Of a DNA stretch of 55,603 nucleotides, positions 17,899 to 25,807 are shown in pieces (the stretch's first letter is position 1; the number at the start of each line of letters is the position of its first letter). A program made the translations under genes and the position numbers. The notes under the pieces were generated by a model. That model was not told where the DNA came from. It saw only the letters and a program-made list of their open reading frames with translations, and did no database searches. Source of the DNA: a virus (taxonomy: Duplodnaviria; Caudoviricetes); the IMG/VR virus record IMGVR_UViG_3300031772_000046, positions 1 to 55,603 of that record; one strand, 5' to 3'.

Positions 17899-18695
17899 GC
17901 CGCGCTCTCGGGGGGAATCATCAGCAGATTCGCGCACGATCCCGCCGCAAGTACGGCGTCAAGGTCAATCGGGGTCGGTTCGCCGTCGTCGCTCAGGCCG
18001 TGGAAGGTGGCGCCTCTGTGGCCGAGAACCGTCAGTACGCTGCAGAATTTGCGGTAGTCGTCCTGCGCCATCATGCGATTCACTTCCATGACCACGGCGT
18101 GGATCTTGTCGCGGCACAGGAGGTCGCCAAGACCAAGAAGGGCGTGATACTCGCCGCCCTCGATGTCCAGCTTCAGGAGATCCACCGGCAGGTCGTCGGC
18201 CAGCATCGTGTCGAGGCGGGCGGCGTCAATCTCGGACCCGAAGCTTATGCCGTCGTAGTGCTGCTTGTACTCCTCGCTGTGCCGGTGGATACTGGAGTTG
18301 CCGGGGTAACGACCTGCCGTGTAGAAAGACACGTCCCCATTCTCGGAATACGCCGCCTTCGCCTCCACCCGGCACCACGCGCGCATGTAGTTGAGACTCA
18401 AATTGTCCGCAAGGTACACCGCAAGAGCCGGGTCCGCCTCAATGGCAATGACCTTGCCCGTCTCACCCACCAGATAGCCCGCCAGGACCGAGAAGTAGCC
18501 GACGTGGGCACCAACATCCACCACACGTTGACCCGGAAGAAGCGTGCGCATGAAGTAGCGCGTCAACGGCGGTTCAATGATGCCGTCAAGCGCGAACTGG
18601 GGAGTGATGCTCAAGTCGTCAGCCGGGATGATCATGCGACCACCCCAGACGGGTTTCACAAGAAGTCTGCCGTCGCCGATGTAGAGAGCGTTCAT
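17895..18695 (-). CDS. FkbM-family methyltransferase
   Basis: VVDVGAHVGYF, AIEA, LLKLDIEGGE. Confidence 0.93.
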   Translation of the reverse strand: MNALYIGDGRLLVKPVWGGRMIIPADDLSITPQFALDGIIEPPLTRYFMRTLLPGQRVVDVGAHVGYFSVLAGYLVGETGKVIAIEADPALAVYLADNLSLNYMRAWCRVEAKAAYSENGDVSFYTAGRYPGNSSIHRHSEEYKQHYDGISFGSEIDAARLDTMLADDLPVDLLKLDIEGGEYHALLGLGDLLCRDKIHAVVMEVNRMMAQDDYRKFCSVLTVLGHRGATFHGLSDDGEPTPIDLDAVLAAGSCANLLMIPPESAA

Positions 18696-18840
18696 AGAAG
18701 ACTCACCGCCGTCTGCCACATGCAGGCCGCTCCTATTCCGCCGCACAGGATGCGATACCAGGGCGTCCACTTCCGATTGAAGGCGCGCTCCAGACACAAG
18801 ATCCCAAGAACCGCCAGCACTGCAATCACGAGAAGCGCCA

Positions 18841-19437
18841 TTACGATACCCCCTCGTTCCAGCTTCGGGCCACCGCTACCGCGAACTCGTTGTCCAAGAG
18901 TCTACGTTTTTCGGCCTCCCAGGCCACCCCGAGCCGCGCATGTTCCACTAGTGCTCTTTGATGGGCCGCCTTAGACCGTAGGCCCCGCCTTGGCGGCGCG
19001 AACGAGAAGCCCGTCGTGTCACCGTAGGCAAGAACGGGGCAGGCGTATGTGTGTGCCAGCCAGATCCCCGCCGTCTCCAGAAGGACATCGCCATCCGGCG
19101 CCTCTCGACGCGCTTCCAACAGGCGCGGTCGCAGCTCACACACCTCGCCGAATTTGCAGTTCGACCACCCAAAGCAGCCCGGCAACGCACATGGGAGGCG
19201 CTGGTCAAGGGCCGTGGACCGCGCCGGTATCTTCTCATCGACGAACTCCCCGACGGGACACACGAATATGGGGCGGCACCGTATTTTGGGCACCGTCGCG
19301 CCCACGTCGGCAAACCAACGTTCCGCCGCCAGGGTCGCTTGATGTGCGGCCAACGCTTCCCTCACCTGTAGCGGGTACTTGCAGCCGTGGACCTTCTTGC
19401 ACCAGAAGCAGCCGAAAAGCGGATCGGGTCGGTTCAT
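18841..19437 (-). CDS. Cys-rich hypothetical protein downstream of tRNAs
   Basis: GAGGGG RBS; several Cys clusters. Confidence 0.7.
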   Translation of the reverse strand: MNRPDPLFGCFWCKKVHGCKYPLQVREALAAHQATLAAERWFADVGATVPKIRCRPIFVCPVGEFVDEKIPARSTALDQRLPCALPGCFGWSNCKFGEVCELRPRLLEARREAPDGDVLLETAGIWLAHTYACPVLAYGDTTGFSFAPPRRGLRSKAAHQRALVEHARLGVAWEAEKRRLLDNEFAVAVARSWNEGVS

Positions 19438-19456
19438 GGCAATTCCCCCTCAAACA

Positions 19457-19530
19457 TGGTGGAGCGGCGCGGACTTGAACCGCGATCTCCTGGGTGCAGA
19501 CCAGGAATTCTCCCGTTGAACTACCGTCCC
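19457..19530 (-). tRNA. tRNA-Ala(UGC) with C33
   Basis: G3:U70, A73, CCA, loop TCTGCAC on a perfect CCTGG/CCAGG stem. Confidence 0.9.
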
Positions 19531-19535
19531 AAAGA

Positions 19536-19610
19536 TGGTGGGCGCGGGAGGAATCGAACCTCTATCGCGCGGCTTAAAGGGCCGCCGCTCTACCGTTGAG
19601 CTACGCGTCC
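19536..19610 (-). tRNA. tRNA-Lys(UUU) with C33
   Basis: Cloverleaf; loop CCTTTAA on a perfect GCGGC/GCCGC stem; A73; CCA. Confidence 0.92.
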
Positions 19611-21193
19611 GCTTCCTGCGACCCAAACAACGGCAACTCGGCACCCATGCGTTGCCTGATGATGTCGCAGTAGTGCGCATCCTTCTCGATGCCTACGGCG
19701 TTGAAACCCTCGCGCACAGCGGCAAGAAGGGTTGTCCCCGAACCGGCGAAGGGATCAAGGATGGTGCCGTTGGGCGGGCAGACAAGGCGACAGAGCCAGC
19801 GCATCAGGGCCAGGGGCTTGACTGTTGGGTGGTCGTTACCCTCGCCACGCTCAGACTGCGATGCCTTGGCGCAGTATCTAAATCGCTCTACGCAGTCCCG
19901 CCCCCCAAGAACCGCGTTCATCAGCATGGAGTCGGATATGACACTTTCTGCAAAGCCATCGATACTCGAAAGGGTGTGAATAGTCCCCATGGTGCTTATC
20001 AGCCTGTGGACTACCACATATCTCACAGGGGTGTCGTTCAACATTTCCGTGATTATGCGCCGCAACTCGGCAACACACTCTCGCCCTGTATTCCGCATCT
20101 GCGTGATACCGTTCCCGTCTCTCTGCTCGTATGCGTTCCCCATGGCGCTCATAAAACGTGCCAGCGGTGCGTTTGCGGCTTGCCCCTCTGGCAATTGCGC
20201 GACTACTACAAGATCTAGAACAGAATCGGCGAATCCCCTTGACTGCGTTGAATCCATTGCCACAGAATTCGCAGTATTTGACCAACTCTCGTCTCCCCCC
20301 TTCGTAATCTTGAAGAAACGAGAAGCGCCGCCCTTGCTGGGTCCGAAGTGTGCGCCGTCTGGTTTACCTCGAAACTGCCCGTAGATGCCGTGTCGCCCGG
20401 CTATGGCGGGCGCCGTCGGGCTTCTTGTCACGGCACCGCTGTTCAGGACACCGCTCTGCTTATCCAACATCGCAGCCGCCTCTTCGTCCAAGACGACGTT
20501 CGCGGGCCAGCGGCCATCGGTTGGGCGCGGGTGTTCACGGTTATCAAGTTGGCCCCCGTATCCGCATGAGGGATCGCCCTTCCAGCCACCCTTGCCGAAC
20601 AATCGGCACTCCTCGATGTTCATCGCCCCACATCCCCACTTGGCGATGTTCTGCGCATACGTGCCGTCAAGGGGCTTCTGCGCCAGGATAATGTCCTCAT
20701 GGGCGGGTTTCAGGGCCGTGCCCCACCCGTGCCAGTCGGGCATCTCTGCGGCAATGTTGTGGTTCTTGGGGAAGCCTGTCCCGTACAGCCAGCACAGTTT
20801 GTCCCTGACGATGAACCCCGCATCCTCAATCCCACAGGTAAGGCGATGAACCGTGCGCGTCCCGCCGAAGGCAAGGAGGTAGGCGCCGGGCTTCATCACG
20901 CGCAGAAGTTCGCGTGACCATGAGGTACACCACACTTGGTACGGATGTCCCGCCTCGTATGCGTTGACCGCATGGCGGACGTAGGCTCCCTTGCTGGCAT
21001 CGCGCAAATCAGCTTCACGTCGCGTGCGTGCTTCCGCGTGGGTATTGGCGGACTTAAAGCTGTCCCATTCCTGGCCCATGAACTCCAAGCCGTAGGGGGG
21101 ATCGGTGACAACGGCTTCGATGCTGTTGGCTGGCATGGCGCGCATTAGGTCCAGGCAGTCGCCTTGGTGCAGGGTCCATGGCATAGAAGTCAC
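19601..21193 (-). CDS. N6A/N4C DNA methyltransferase (beta class) with 145-codon in-frame insertion
   Basis: TDPPY, HPTVKP, LDPFAGSGTT; usual SRFF|YCAKAS segment is split by the insert. Confidence 0.93.
   Translation of the reverse strand: MTSMPWTLHQGDCLDLMRAMPANSIEAVVTDPPYGLEFMGQEWDSFKSANTHAEARTRREADLRDASKGAYVRHAVNAYEAGHPYQVWCTSWSRELLRVMKPGAYLLAFGGTRTVHRLTCGIEDAGFIVRDKLCWLYGTGFPKNHNIAAEMPDWHGWGTALKPAHEDIILAQKPLDGTYAQNIAKWGCGAMNIEECRLFGKGGWKGDPSCGYGGQLDNREHPRPTDGRWPANVVLDEEAAAMLDKQSGVLNSGAVTRSPTAPAIAGRHGIYGQFRGKPDGAHFGPSKGGASRFFKITKGGDESWSNTANSVAMDSTQSRGFADSVLDLVVVAQLPEGQAANAPLARFMSAMGNAYEQRDGNGITQMRNTGRECVAELRRIITEMLNDTPVRYVVVHRLISTMGTIHTLSSIDGFAESVISDSMLMNAVLGGRDCVERFRYCAKASQSERGEGNDHPTVKPLALMRWLCRLVCPPNGTILDPFAGSGTTLLAAVREGFNAVGIEKDAHYCDIIRQRMGAELPLFGSQEADA
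19878..20285 (-). CDS. HNH-type zinc-finger endonuclease nested in an alternate frame of the MTase
   Basis: CEFC..FCSRSC; CEIC..HHGDYSHP..WLCRKCH; own GGGGGAG RBS plus TTG start. Confidence 0.85.
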   Translation of the reverse strand: MVKYCEFCGNGFNAVKGIRRFCSRSCSSRAIARGASRKRTAGTFYERHGERIRAERRERYHADAEYRARVCCRVAAHNHGNVERHPCEICGSPQADKHHGDYSHPFEYRWLCRKCHIRLHADERGSWGAGLRRAI

Positions 21194-21205
21194 TCCCCAG
21201 ACGCG

Positions 21206-21469
21206 CTACTGTAGTGGACGGGGTTCATGCGCAGCCACCTCCTCATCCAACTCCTCGCGCGTGCGTCCCGTCCTCCGCAGTGTCGCCGCGATCACGTTAT
21301 CCACCCACGCCGCGTGACCGTCGGGGCCGCAGCAGGAGAGTGCTGTCACCAGCACGTCCCATGGTTCGGCGAGAGAGCCCAGGCACTCACGGCAGTAGGC
21401 GCAGGACATGGCTCCGAGGACGGAGGAGGCCACTACTGCATCCGGTGCGCCGCAGACCTCGCAGGTCAT
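21206..21469 (-). CDS. Zinc-finger hypothetical protein
   Basis: CEVC...CREC. Confidence 0.7.
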   Translation of the reverse strand: MTCEVCGAPDAVVASSVLGAMSCAYCRECLGSLAEPWDVLVTALSCCGPDGHAAWVDNVIAATLRRTGRTREELDEEVAAHEPRPLQ

Positions 21470-21482
21470 ACTGCATTCACCC

Positions 21483-21686
21483 TCACTCAAACGTCCGGTA
21501 GCCGCCCTCGTCTTCTGCGTATCGGTCCAGACCCGCAAGCCACAACGGCTCACCCTGAAACGCGCGGCAAGTGGTGTCGCGCAACATCAATTGATCTGGC
21601 GCCCATACATCGACCCCGGTGTCGGCGGTCAGGGAAGTCAAGCCATGTAGGAACTTCGCGACACGCTCCATCTGGTCGGCGGTCAT
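21483..21686 (-). CDS. Hypothetical protein
   Basis: Coupled overlap. Confidence 0.6.
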   Translation of the reverse strand: MTADQMERVAKFLHGLTSLTADTGVDVWAPDQLMLRDTTCRAFQGEPLWLAGLDRYAEDEGGYRTFE

Positions 21687-22048
21687 GCCGTCACCTCATC
21701 CCACGCGGGGTGGTTGCAGGTGATGCGGGCCGTGCCCGTCACCCGCCCCGGAAATTCATTGGGCGCGTCCGCCACCTTCCACTCAACATCTCCAAGCGTG
21801 GTCTTGCCCCCGTAATGGCAGGAGAGGCAGTGACCGTTGAATTGCGGGTCGGGAACCAGCACCGGCCGGCCGCCTTCGTCTTGAACCTGACACATGGTCG
21901 AACCGTCGGCCCCGTGCGTGACGGTGTACTCCGGCTTAGTCACCCATACGCGGGTATATCCGGGACAAGCCGCAGGCGCTACACCCAACTCCTCGAACTC
22001 AATGGAAGCGGAGAACTCACCCTCAATCTCGCGGGACATCCCCATCAC
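21683..22048 (-). CDS. Cys-rich protein, MxRxIxG...TC family
   Basis: MSREIEG...RITCNHP. Confidence 0.7.
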   Translation of the reverse strand: MMGMSREIEGEFSASIEFEELGVAPAACPGYTRVWVTKPEYTVTHGADGSTMCQVQDEGGRPVLVPDPQFNGHCLSCHYGGKTTLGDVEWKVADAPNEFPGRVTGTARITCNHPAWDEVTA

Positions 22049-22340
22049 TCTCCTTGGGGTAGGTGCACGTCACGCGTACGCGGACTTCGACAACGTTGTT
22101 GATCCCGAAGGTATCGGGCAGTCCCTGCTCAATGAGGACAGTCCCCTTCTCGTCATAATACGGACATGCCGTGACACTCCAACCGCTGAAGCAGGCTGGC
22201 TTGCCGGGCAGGCGGCGCGGCACGCTGAATTGGGAACAGTCGGGCCAGGGCACGGCCACTATGGTGGGTGTCGTGACGTACTCCCCGTTGTCCACGAATT
22301 CTATTGTCAGCGTCCCCTCAATCTCGCGCGGCATCGCCAT
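22023..22340 (-). CDS. Cys-rich protein, MxRxIxG...TC family
   Basis: MPREIEG...RVTCTYP. Confidence 0.7.
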   Translation of the reverse strand: MAMPREIEGTLTIEFVDNGEYVTTPTIVAVPWPDCSQFSVPRRLPGKPACFSGWSVTACPYYDEKGTVLIEQGLPDTFGINNVVEVRVRVTCTYPKESDGDVPRD

Positions 22341-22836
22341 TCCCCCATCTGGAGTCAATGACTTTGGCGACTCGGGCAAGGTCCGCTTGCCTCTGGGCCA
22401 AGGCACCCGCCAAGGCATCGTCCACGGCCTGCCGCTCGGCCTTACGCCTCGCGTCGAACCGGGGCTGGTACTCCGCCATCATCTGTCGGATGATACCCCA
22501 CCACGGCCCGTTGTCTGTGTAGTTGATGCCCACGCCGTCACACGTTACGGTGGGACGCTGCCAAGAAGACTGGTAGACCGGGAGGTTGTAATGACTCCCT
22601 AGAAGAACGTTACCGTAACAGTAAACTTGGTAGATTGGATCGCCGCCACATCTTTGAAGAACGTTAGCATTGAAGCGCCAGCAAAGCGACAGGCCGCCAT
22701 ATTGGAGGTGAAGAAAGCCGTCCGGCGACAAGAACAAGGACTGGCGATCATCATGAACAATATCGCCTACGCCGAGAAGATAGAGGCCCGCCCCGAAGCA
22801 TCGCAACCTCTGCCCTTCTTCGTCTGTCAGAAGCAT
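22318..22836 (-). CDS. Hypothetical protein
   Basis: 172-aa ORF with RBS. Confidence 0.7.
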   Translation of the reverse strand: MLLTDEEGQRLRCFGAGLYLLGVGDIVHDDRQSLFLSPDGFLHLQYGGLSLCWRFNANVLQRCGGDPIYQVYCYGNVLLGSHYNLPVYQSSWQRPTVTCDGVGINYTDNGPWWGIIRQMMAEYQPRFDARRKAERQAVDDALAGALAQRQADLARVAKVIDSRWGNGDAARD

Positions 22837-22864
22837 CGCCGTCAGACCCCCTCTGTCCTTGGTT

Positions 22865-23050
22865 CTAAAGGAACCGCACGACCGAGAATGCGCTCCAGAG
22901 GACCACTCCCACCATCAGGACAAGACCCAGCCAACAGCCGGGGTCGGTCCATCGGTTGCGCCACATGTCCCGACCCATCCAGATTGAAGCACCTAGAGCG
23001 ACGGTCCCGAGCGCGCTCCAAAGGCAACACATCACGTGGTTGAAGGTCAT
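22865..23050 (-). CDS. Two-TM small membrane protein
   Basis: Hydrophobic pattern; GAGGGG RBS. Confidence 0.6.
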   Translation of the reverse strand: MTFNHVMCCLWSALGTVALGASIWMGRDMWRNRWTDPGCWLGLVLMVGVVLWSAFSVVRFL

Positions 23051-23542
23051 GCGGATACCCCCTCACTTTAGTCACGCTTCAGAAAATGGCGGGTCGTTCC
23101 CGGTGGGAGAGAAACTCGCAAGGGCGGGAACGATAGCACAAATGAGGGCGTGGCGCTGTTGGGCAAAGACACCGTTGTGTTCGCATATTAAAACCCGTGG
23201 GTGGGTGGAACGAAGCCCCCGGCACGCGACCGTACCCGGTCCCTGGGTCGGGGATCGGGGTGTTGGACGATCCCCCATGATCGGCCAGCGTATCATCGAA
23301 GGATTTCATCTGACAGTGCGCACGCGCCAGCCAGTACCGCTGTTGCCCGCCAGGATCACCCAGCACGGCCCTGCAAGGCCCGCTATCGCCCGCCAGCACC
23401 TGCGGCATGGCTGTGTCCGGCGCGTCCAACACCTCCGACCTGCCAATTAGGGCCTGGAAAGTCCCAGGACGTGACAGATAAATAACTCGGCCTGGGCGGG
23501 AGCAAACCCGCGTGGCTATTGAGTTTGAGGGCATTTTAGGGT

Positions 23543-23570
23543 ACGTCCCTTAATGAGTATTATGTAACCT
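23543..23570. other. dif: dif-like Xer recombination site
   Basis: 11-6-11 layout ACGTCCCTTAA-TGAGTA-TTATGTAACCT; right arm close to the conserved XerD arm TTATGTNAANT. Confidence 0.88.
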
Positions 23571-23616
23571 AGGGGGTGAGAATGGTCCTGCTGGACGCGA
23601 CAGACGCGGGGATCGT

Positions 23617-23922
23617 CTATGATCCTGGTCGCGGTCCTCTACTCAATGCACGCGCCGCTTCCTGGGCCATCCTCTCGACGCAGACCGCCGCGCACGTTTC
23701 GCCCTCCGCCGTCGGCGCATCCCCCGCTATAACGGTGCGGCCCCTAGCAACCAGCGCCTCCTCCTCGGCGCTCAGGGGTATCTGTCTCGCGTCGCCCTGC
23801 CATTGCTGCCCCGTGACCGCCCCCTGCAGTAGCCCGCAGTCTCCATCCCTCCATGCCATGCATCTGCCGCCCCAGCACCTGACACCCTGGCCGCGTCCTC
23901 TGATCGGGCACAGACTCCCCAT
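23617..23922 (-). CDS. Cys-rich hypothetical protein (paralog of 50586..50759)
   Basis: LCPIR...C.G.RCMAW...C. Confidence 0.6.
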   Translation of the reverse strand: MGSLCPIRGRGQGVRCWGGRCMAWRDGDCGLLQGAVTGQQWQGDARQIPLSAEEEALVARGRTVIAGDAPTAEGETCAAVCVERMAQEAARALSRGPRPGS

Positions 23923-24030
23923 ACCTCATTCCCCCCTGTCCTTCCCTGGTCTTCTCGACACGATCCGACATTCCGCGTCCTGCGTGCATTTGCGCGATCA
24001 GATAACCCGGCCCCCACAGGATCGAGGCTA

Positions 24031-24059
24031 TTGACATCCTCATCGGGGTATGATAGGAT
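24031..24059 (+). promoter_or_regulatory. Sigma-A/70 promoter of the rightward small-gene island
   Basis: TTGACA-17nt-TAGGAT with extended TG. Confidence 0.8.
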
Positions 24060-24262
24060 CATGGCAGACAGAGACGCTGCGGGCGCCACAGGGCGCCGGG
24101 CGACAGGGGGACGGACACAATGACGCACTGCACCATATGCCCGCTGAGTCAGGGATGTATCGACTATACCCCCGGCGCGCCGTGCTTCGCACCCGGCGAG
24201 CTCCTCAACGAGGACGACACCCGCGACAACTGAACTGAGCGCCATCATCCATCACGAGGAGG

Positions 24263-24499
24263 ATGCAGACCATGAACGACAGCCAAGTGGCCGAACTCAG
24301 GAACATCGTCGAGAAAGAAGTCGCCCGCGCGTCACAGACCGCGGACGCGGCGCACGTCCTGATCCACAAAGCCCCCGACGCACTGTCGCACGACGCCTAC
24401 ATATACAATTGGGGCGTCCAGGTCGGGCAAGAGACACAGGCCATGTTCTTGCTGACGGTCTTGGATCGTATCACGCGCGAAGCGCCGCAGACCGCTTGA
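24263..24499 (+). CDS. Hypothetical early protein
   Basis: GAGGAGG RBS. Confidence 0.7.
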   Translation: MQTMNDSQVAELRNIVEKEVARASQTADAAHVLIHKAPDALSHDAYIYNWGVQVGQETQAMFLLTVLDRITREAPQTA

Positions 24500-24501
24500 C
24501 A

Positions 24502-24572
24502 GCCGAAACCCCCGTCCACGCGGGCGGGGAGTCCGCCGGGAGTGGTCGCCCGGCGCTGATGAGGTAGACCAC
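24502..24572 (+). ncRNA. Type II hammerhead ribozyme with loop I pseudoknot
   Basis: GCC-GAAA-stem III-GTC^-stem I (CGCCGGG/CCCGGCG)-CTGATGA-GGT; loop GTGGTC pairs with 3' GACCAC; predicted cut after 24533. Confidence 0.95.
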
Positions 24573-24591
24573 ATACGAGGAGGGGTTGAGC

Positions 24592-24879
24592 ATGGATCGC
24601 GCCACTCTCAGCCAGCACGTGGCACAATGCATCGACCGCGCCAAGCGGGATCGGCGCGCATACGGCGACACCCACGACGGCGCCCAGGCAGGATACCGCG
24701 AGGCAGCCAGTCTGCTGGATACTCCGACCGACGACCTCAGTGCATCCCTGAGCTATCATATCCAGTCCGCCGACCGCGCCTACACCCGGGCGCTGGCCGG
24801 GACCGGCCCCGTCGCCTACTGCTCGGGGCGGCTCATTGCTCTGCAGCACGTACTGGCGCAATTGCCTTTGCCCGCTTGA
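24592..24879 (+). CDS. Hypothetical early protein
   Basis: GAGGAGG RBS after the ribozyme. Confidence 0.7.
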   Translation: MDRATLSQHVAQCIDRAKRDRRAYGDTHDGAQAGYREAASLLDTPTDDLSASLSYHIQSADRAYTRALAGTGPVAYCSGRLIALQHVLAQLPLPA

Positions 24880-24897
24880 CAAGCCGGGAACGGCGAA

Positions 24898-24926
24898 TCC
24901 GATGATCCGCCCACGGGCGGGGAGGA
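24898..24926 (+). ncRNA. Kink-turn element 1
   Basis: TCC-GAT-GA-TCCGCC-loop-GGCGGG-GA-GGA. Confidence 0.75.
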
Positions 24927-24958
24927 CGCGGGATACCATCATGGAGGAGGGACGCTGG

Positions 24959-25249
24959 ATGACGCAGTACAGGTGGCGGCCCCGGGGGCAAAGGCAGTAC
25001 AGCCGGGCGGAGAGCATCCCTGGAATCGCCACACTCAAGCGCCAGAACGCGATCAAGACCCCGGTCTATCTGGCACTACGCCGGGCCGGTCTAGAGGACA
25101 AGGCCGAGGAGTTCTTGCGCCGTGCCCGTGATCTCATTGCCCTACCGCTGGCAGAGTATCGGCGCGAGGTGACAGCTATGGCGCGAGAGTACTGCGCGGG
25201 CGACATAGACCTGCTGTGCGACGTGGCCGCCGCCATCGACCCGGCCTGA
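24959..25249 (+). CDS. Hypothetical protein (paralog of 29425..29637)
   Basis: ALRRAGLEDKAEEF. Confidence 0.7.
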   Translation: MTQYRWRPRGQRQYSRAESIPGIATLKRQNAIKTPVYLALRRAGLEDKAEEFLRRARDLIALPLAEYRREVTAMAREYCAGDIDLLCDVAAAIDPA

Positions 25250-25290
25250 CTGAGCATCCCCGCCCTATGGCGGAGAGGAGGTATCGACGA

Positions 25291-25479
25291 ATGGATATTG
25301 TCTGGTCACGGACGTGCCCCGACGGCACCACCCCAAATTACTGTCATATGAGCGACGGACAGCACAACGACAGCTGCCTCGCATGTCGGGGAGTGCGCCT
25401 GCTCGTCCCCGGTGAATGGGAGGTCAACTGTGACGGGCGCTGGGTGCCCGCCACGCTCCGCCCCAGCGATCAGCCCTGA
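25291..25479 (+). CDS. Small Cys-rich protein
   Basis: GAGGAGG RBS. Confidence 0.65.
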   Translation: MDIVWSRTCPDGTTPNYCHMSDGQHNDSCLACRGVRLLVPGEWEVNCDGRWVPATLRPSDQP

Positions 25480-25486
25480 CGTTCCC

Positions 25487-25513
25487 GCGCCGATGATGCG
25501 ACGGCGGAGGCGC
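25487..25513 (+). ncRNA. Kink-turn element 2
   Basis: GCGCC-GAT-GA-TGC-GACG-GCG-GA-GGCGC. Confidence 0.85.
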
Positions 25514-25538
25514 ACAACAGACTGAGGGGGTGTCGGCG

Positions 25539-25691
25539 ATGAGCGACCAGCAATGCGAGTCCTGCGATCACTTCCGCAGCGGCGGCGACATGGACGATCC
25601 CTGGATCGCGTGCGCGCGACTGGTGCCGGAGGCCGACTGGCCCGATCCTGATAACCCCGGCGCCACCTGCGCGTCGTGGGCGGCCCGTTGA
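25539..25691 (+). CDS. 50-aa Cys-rich protein (not in ORF track)
   Basis: MSDQQCESCDHF...CASWAAR; GAGGGGG RBS. Confidence 0.7.
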   Translation: MSDQQCESCDHFRSGGDMDDPWIACARLVPEADWPDPDNPGATCASWAAR

Positions 25692-25698
25692 CGTTCCC

Positions 25699-25727
25699 GC
25701 GCCCGATGACCCCCGTGGTGAGGGCGC
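25699..25727 (+). ncRNA. Kink-turn element 3
   Basis: GCGCCC-GAT-GA-CCC-CCGT-GGT-GA-GGGCGC. Confidence 0.85.
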
Positions 25728-25807
25728 ACGAAGCCAGCGGCTAACTGGCGCGCGAAGTCCTGGCGCCGCCCCACACGGGGCTGCTGGAGGCGGAGGAGGT
25801 AACTGAG

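Noticed and set aside
19536-19610. Ochre suppressor tRNA (UUA), or Ser(UGA)/Cys(GCA) calls for the other two tRNAs, implying recoding
   Set aside because: These calls need a 1-nt shift that breaks the anticodon stems. Identity elements fit Lys, Gln and Ala, and genes end normally at all three stop codons.
23079-23534. 151-aa minus-strand ORF next to dif
   Set aside because: Atypical composition and no motif; more likely a non-coding control, packaging or recombination region, though this cannot be proven from sequence alone.
24880-24900. GGCGAAT after a hairpin, resembling HDV-like ribozyme J4/2
   Set aside because: No upstream P1/P2/P3 partners found.
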